This document shows positions 28,182-32,000 of a stretch of 32,000 nucleotides of DNA, piece by piece. Position numbers and translations under genes: made by a program. Within the stretch, counting starts at the first letter, position 1. Every line of letters starts with the position of its first letter. The stretch is taken from assembly GCF_000619845.1 (NCBI RefSeq), contig NZ_KK211037.1, positions 210,001 to 242,000 of the forward strand, given 5' to 3'. The DNA is from Alkanindiges illinoisensis DSM 15370. Lineage in GTDB: Bacteria; Pseudomonadota; Gammaproteobacteria; Pseudomonadales; Moraxellaceae. The notes beneath the pieces are model-generated. The model saw nothing but the letters and a program-made list of their open reading frames with translations, did no database searches and was not told the DNA's origin.

Positions 28182-29189
28182 ATGACGCGTACTGCAAACG
28201 AGTTTCTGACTCCGCAAGCGATTAAAGTCGATGCGGTCAGTGGAACCTCGGCAAAAGTAATTCTTGAGCCTTTAGAGCGTGGTTTTGGCCACACTTTAGG
28301 TAATGCCTTGCGTCGCATTTTACTTTCGTCACTGCCGGGCGCTGCCGTGGTTGAGGCAGAGGTAGAAGGTGTCGAGCATGAGTACAGTACTTTAGAAGGC
28401 TTGCAGCAGGACATCGTCGAGCTCTTGCTGAACCTTAAAGGATTGTCAATTAAACTGTTCGAACAGAACGAAGCGTATTTGACATTGGATAAACAAGGTC
28501 CTGGCGAAGTTACTGCCGCTGACCTGCGTTTACCGCATAATGTTGAAATCGTTAATCCAGAACATGTACTGGCAACGCTGGGTGCTAATGGCCATTTAAA
28601 AATGCGCCTGAAAGTAACCCAGGGCCGTGGCTATGAGCCTGCTGATGTCCGCTTTCCGGAAGGGGAAACCCGTCCGGTTGGCCGTTTGCAGCTTGATGCC
28701 AGCTATAGCCCGATCAAGCGTGTTTCTTACACTGTAGAGAATGCACGTGTTGAGCAGCGTACTGATCTGGACAAACTGGTTATTGATCTGGAAACCAATG
28801 GTACTGTAGATCCGGAAGAAGCAATTCGTAAAGCTGCAACCATTTTGCAGCAACAGATTGCCATTTTTGTTGACCTGCAAAAAGACCATGCCCCAGAGCC
28901 TGTACAAAGTCGTGAAGAAGTTGATCCGATTTTGTTGCGTCCAGTTGATGATCTGGAATTAACCGTTCGTTCTGCCAACTGTTTGAAGGCAGAAAACATT
29001 TACTACATTGGTGATCTGGTACAACGTACTGAGGTTGAGCTGTTAAAAACGCCTAACCTGGGTAAAAAATCGTTGACCGAGATTAAAGATGTGTTGGCTT
29101 CCAAAGGCTTGTCGCTTGGCATGCGCTTAGATAACTGGCCACCTGCCAGTCTGCGTGTGGATGATCGCTTTGCTTACCGTAGCCGTTAA
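28182..29189 (+). CDS. rpoA: DNA-directed RNA polymerase subunit alpha
   Basis: 335 aa. ...[37 protein letters not shown] in the NTD, and the CTD helix-hairpin-helix [41 protein letters not shown]. Confidence 0.98.
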   Translation: MTRTANEFLTPQAIKVDAVSGTSAKVILEPLERGFGHTLGNALRRILLSSLPGAAVVEAEVEGVEHEYSTLEGLQQDIVELLLNLKGLSIKLFEQNEAYLTLDKQGPGEVTAADLRLPHNVEIVNPEHVLATLGANGHLKMRLKVTQGRGYEPADVRFPEGETRPVGRLQLDASYSPIKRVSYTVENARVEQRTDLDKLVIDLETNGTVDPEEAIRKAATILQQQIAIFVDLQKDHAPEPVQSREEVDPILLRPVDDLELTVRSANCLKAENIYYIGDLVQRTEVELLKTPNLGKKSLTEIKDVLASKGLSLGMRLDNWPPASLRVDDRFAYRSR

Positions 29190-29207
29190 TTAGTAGGACT
29201 ATTCACC

Positions 29208-29588
29208 ATGCGTCATCGTAATAGTGGTGTGAAATTAGGTCGTACCAGCAGCCACCGTAAGGCCATGTTCCAGAATATGGCTAACTCGCTGTTTGAACAC
29301 GAGCTGATCAAAACAACCTTGCCTAAAGCTAAAGAGCTTCGCCGTGTTGCCGAGCCTTTAATCACTTTGGCGAAACATGATACTGTTGCTAACCGTCGTC
29401 TGGCTTTTGCCCGTACCCGTAGTGCTGCAGTTGTTGGTAAGTTATTTACTGAGCTTGGCCCTCGTTATAAAGAGCGTCAAGGTGGCTATTTGCGCGTACT
29501 GAAAGCTGGCTTCCGTGCTGGCGATGCTGCGCCAATGGCTTATGTTGAATTAGTGGATCGCTCCCTGACTCAACCTGCTGCTGAATAA
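29208..29588 (+). CDS. rplQ: 50S ribosomal protein L17
   Basis: [47 protein letters not shown] matches L17. Confidence 0.98.
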   Translation: MRHRNSGVKLGRTSSHRKAMFQNMANSLFEHELIKTTLPKAKELRRVAEPLITLAKHDTVANRRLAFARTRSAAVVGKLFTELGPRYKERQGGYLRVLKAGFRAGDAAPMAYVELVDRSLTQPAAE

Positions 29589-29600
29589 GCAGAGCAGTAG

Positions 29601-29630
29601 AAAAGACCGGCCCTAGCGCCGGTTTTTTTA
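29601..29630 (+). terminator. Rho-independent terminator of the alpha operon
   Basis: AAAAGACCGGC-CCTAGC-GCCGGTTTTTTTA. 6-bp GC stem (29606-29611 / 29618-29623) plus a T7 run, 12 nt after the rplQ stop. Confidence 0.8.
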
Positions 29631-29698
29631 TGCCAGAAGGTTTTTATAGGATCAGGATCAATTATGATAGACACATCATCCTTAAAGCCAGTTTTCTG

Positions 29699-30385
29699 AT
29701 GTCGACATTATCTGTGATTGAACTTGAAACAGCTGCAAATCCACAATTTACAGTGATCTGGTTACATGGCTTGGGTGCCAATGGCAATGATTTTGTACCC
29801 GTCATTCCCGAGCTAAAGTTGTCATCCCAACATCCTGTGCGGTTTATATTTCCAAATGCACCAGAAATCCCGGTAACCATCAACGGGGGATATATCATGC
29901 CTGCCTGGTATGACATTCTGGAAATGTCAGCTGATCATCGAAAGGTAGATCAGGCCGGAATCCAGCGCAGTGTTGAACAGATTCGTCAGTTAATTAGCCG
30001 CGAAAACCAGCGTGGTATTCCTTCTTCCCATATCTTTCTAGCAGGCTTCTCTCAGGGCGGCGCAATTGCTTATCAAGCAGCTTTAAGCCATACAGTACGA
30101 TTGGCGGGTGTAATTGCCCTGTCGACCTATATTCCAGATGCGCAGGTGTTGCAGGCGCAGTTTAATGCCGTACAGCAGCAACTTCCGGTATTGATTGCGC
30201 ATGGCCAGTATGATGGTGTGGTGCCGCTACAAATGGGAAAAAATGCCTGTATTGCTGTTGAACAGCTAGGATGTTTGGTCAACTGGTATGAGTATGGCAT
30301 AGAGCATCAGGTGTGCCTTGAAGAAATCCATGAAATTGGAACTTGGCTGGCTAAGCAAATTGACCGCATAAAAAATCTGCACTAG
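29699..30385 (+). CDS. Carboxylesterase / phospholipase-family alpha/beta hydrolase
   Basis: HGLGANG..F oxyanion region and GFSQGG nucleophile elbow. Downstream Asp and His (HGQYDGVVP, ...YGIEHQV), as in the Pseudomonas carboxylesterase II / YpfH family. The ORF-track start (29630) overlaps the rplQ terminator T-run, so the ATG at 29699 (MSTLSVIELE...) is preferred. Confidence 0.85.
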   Translation: MSTLSVIELETAANPQFTVIWLHGLGANGNDFVPVIPELKLSSQHPVRFIFPNAPEIPVTINGGYIMPAWYDILEMSADHRKVDQAGIQRSVEQIRQLISRENQRGIPSSHIFLAGFSQGGAIAYQAALSHTVRLAGVIALSTYIPDAQVLQAQFNAVQQQLPVLIAHGQYDGVVPLQMGKNACIAVEQLGCLVNWYEYGIEHQVCLEEIHEIGTWLAKQIDRIKNLH

Positions 30386-30440
30386 GCATATCGTTCTGTG
30401 CGAATTTATCCTAAATTATTAGTGTATTTACTCTAATGGC

Positions 30441-30470
30441 CTAAATTGACATTGACTATTGTCAATTTAG
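30441..30470. promoter_or_regulatory. Palindromic operator candidate upstream of the monooxygenase gene
   Basis: Perfect 11-bp inverted repeat CTAAATTGACA (30441-30451) - 8 nt - TGTCAATTTAG (30460-30470). A third CCTAAATT half-site copy at 30410-30417. TGACTAT is repeated at 30453-30459 and 30471-30477. Confidence 0.5.
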
Positions 30471-30511
30471 TGACTATGTTTTAGGCAAGTTAATTCGGAT
30501 TGATGACACAG

Positions 30512-32000
30512 ATGGCTCAACATTTTGATATATTGATTATTGGTGCAGGTATTTCAGGGATTGGTAGCGCCGTACACTTGAAACTCAAGGCACCACAGAA
30601 AAAATTTGCGATTCTGGAGCGTCGTGAAAGTATCGGTGGAACCTGGGATTTGTTCCGTTATCCGGGAATTCGTTCGGATTCTGACATGTCCACTTTTGGT
30701 TTTGAGTTTAAGCCGTGGACTCAATCCAAAGTACTGGCTGATGGCACTTCAATCCGCAATTATGTGAATGAAACTGCCAAAGAATATAATATTTTTGAGC
30801 ATATTCATTTCCAGCGTCAGGTGAAAACAGCCAACTGGTCTTCAGCCAAAAAAATGTGGGAACTTGAAGTACTGAATGTTGCTAATAATACGACTGAACA
30901 GTGGACTGCGGACTTCCTGCTGGGCTGTACCGGTTATTATAATTATGACCAAGGTTTTAAACCGGCTTACCCAGATGAAGACAAGTTTAAGGGCACTGTA
31001 ATTCAGCCGCAACACTGGCCTGAGAATCTGGATTATAGCGGCAAGAAAGTGGTGATTATTGGTAGTGGTGCTACTGCTATTACACTGGTGCCTTCGATGG
31101 CAGACAAGGCTGCGCATGTCACCATGCTCCAGCGCTCGCCAACCTATATTGCGACAGTTCCTGCTATTGATGCCCTGTACGACAAGATGAAGAAATTCAT
31201 GCCGGAAAAAGTGGCGTATCAGTTGACCCGTAGCCGTAATATTGGGGTGCAACGTCTGGTGTTTAAACTGTCACAGGAAAAACCGGAACTGGTGAAAAAA
31301 TTCCTGTTAAAGGCAGTTAAACTTCAGGTCGGCAAGCATGTGGACATGAAGCATTTTACCCCGAATTACAATCCCTGGGATCAGCGCCTGTGTGTGGTGC
31401 CGGATGGTGACTTGTTTAAAACCATTAAACGCGGTAAAGCTTCGGTTGAAACCGACCAGATTGAACGCTTTACTGAAAACGGGATATTGCTGAAATCTGG
31501 CAAACAGCTGGATGCCGATATTATTGTGTCTGCCACTGGGCTGAATATCCAGATTCTGGGTGGCCTGCAGGCTAGCATTGATGGCCAGCCAGTGAATACT
31601 TCCAATCACATGCTGTACAAAGGTGTATTGCTGAGTAATATCCCGAATGCTGCCATTATTATTGGCTATACCAATGCATCCTGGACGCTTAAAGTGGACG
31701 TGGCTGCTGATTATCTGGCACGTTTGTTTAACTATATGGACAAGAAGCACTATAAGGTTGTGTTGGCCAAGGCAGATGCCAGTGAGTTAACCGATGATAC
31801 GGTGATGGGTAGTCTGGCCTCAGGATATATCAAGCGTGCCGAGCATGTGATGCCACGTCAGGGCAAAAGTGAACCATGGCGTGTTTCCATGAATTATCTA
31901 AAAGATAAGGCTGAGCTACGCAGCAGTAGCTTTGAAGATGATATACTGACCTTTGATGGTGGCAAGGCCAACAACAAAAAGCGCTTTAAGCTGTTTGGTT
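30512..32000 (+). CDS. almA: Flavin-binding monooxygenase, AlmA/EthA-like (3' end outside window); absent from the supplied ORF track
   Basis: Manual translation is open for 496 codons from ATG 30512 (alternative in-frame ATG at 30503) to the window edge. N-terminal FAD GxGxxG (ILIIGAGISGIG) then ERRESIGGTWDLFRYPGIRSDS. Second dinucleotide motif (VVIIGSGATA). BVMO-fingerprint region FKGTVIQPQHWP. Strong resemblance, from memory, to the Acinetobacter long-chain-alkane monooxygenase AlmA. Confidence 0.85.
   Translation, partial: MAQHFDILIIGAGISGIGSAVHLKLKAPQKKFAILERRESIGGTWDLFRYPGIRSDSDMSTFGFEFKPWTQSKVLADGTSIRNYVNETAKEYNIFEHIHFQRQVKTANWSSAKKMWELEVLNVANNTTEQWTADFLLGCTGYYNYDQGFKPAYPDEDKFKGTVIQPQHWPENLDYSGKKVVIIGSGATAITLVPSMADKAAHVTMLQRSPTYIATVPAIDALYDKMKKFMPEKVAYQLTRSRNIGVQRLVFKLSQEKPELVKKFLLKAVKLQVGKHVDMKHFTPNYNPWDQRLCVVPDGDLFKTIKRGKASVETDQIERFTENGILLKSGKQLDADIIVSATGLNIQILGGLQASIDGQPVNTSNHMLYKGVLLSNIPNAAIIIGYTNASWTLKVDVAADYLARLFNYMDKKHYKVVLAKADASELTDDTVMGSLASGYIKRAEHVMPRQGKSEPWRVSMNYLKDKAELRSSSFEDDILTFDGGKANNKKRFKLFG

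Noticed and set aside
29630-29698. Longer esterase start (MPEGFYRIRINYDRHIILKASFL...)
   Set aside because: This start codon sits in the T-run of the rplQ terminator, and the extra 23 residues have no family counterpart. The ATG at 29699 gives a protein of the usual ~225-aa size.
30842-31750. Minus-strand ORFs (136, 147 and 74 aa), the only track entries in this region
   Set aside because: The + strand frame is open for 496 codons with clear FAD/NADP motifs. The minus-strand ORFs are antisense artefacts.
1-32000. Scan for mobile elements, CRISPR repeats, tRNA/rRNA genes, toxin-antitoxin pairs or defence-island architecture
   Set aside because: I saw no periodic direct repeats with spacers, no cloverleaf-like sequences in the intergenic gaps, and no transposase, integrase, nuclease or ATPase-like ORFs. 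Gene order is conserved core synteny. The only compositionally odd stretch is the AT-rich gap at 8452-8765.

Overview
This is a chromosomal, almost entirely housekeeping segment of a gammaproteobacterium. It looks Acinetobacter/Moraxellaceae-like, inferred from the ribosomal-protein sequences and an AlmA-like monooxygenase next to rplQ.

Left half (1-15.7 kb):
- Two tandem secreted binding-protein-like paralogs; the first is cut by the window edge.
- plsB, corA, tesB, a DAACS-family symporter, a GNAT acetyltransferase, a membrane-anchored metallophosphoesterase and engB.
- An hmp-nsrR nitrosative-stress module with a near-perfect NsrR operator.
- metC and a class-I glutamine amidotransferase.

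Middle (15.9-29.6 kb): a complete, colinear S10-spc-alpha ribosomal super-operon with 26 r-protein genes plus secY and rpoA. It has candidate promoters and leader structures at its three large internal or upstream gaps.

Right end: a carboxylesterase and an AlmA/EthA-like flavin monooxygenase that runs off the window.

The supplied ORF track misses three real things:
- rpmJ (38 aa, too short for the track).
- The monooxygenase, which has no stop inside the window.
- The 5' continuation of the first ORF.

I saw no tRNA or rRNA, CRISPR array, IS/transposase/integrase, phage gene or recognisable defence gene. I found no convincing evidence for a novel multi-gene system here.

The observations worth a second look are modest:
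- The tandem uncharacterised binding-protein paralogs.
- A possible frameshifted small gene in an AT-rich gap.
- A terminator-like hairpin in the metC/GATase divergent region.
- Structured r-protein operon leaders.
- An RG-rich S3 tail containing an 18-bp tandem duplication.
- A strong palindromic operator candidate upstream of the monooxygenase.
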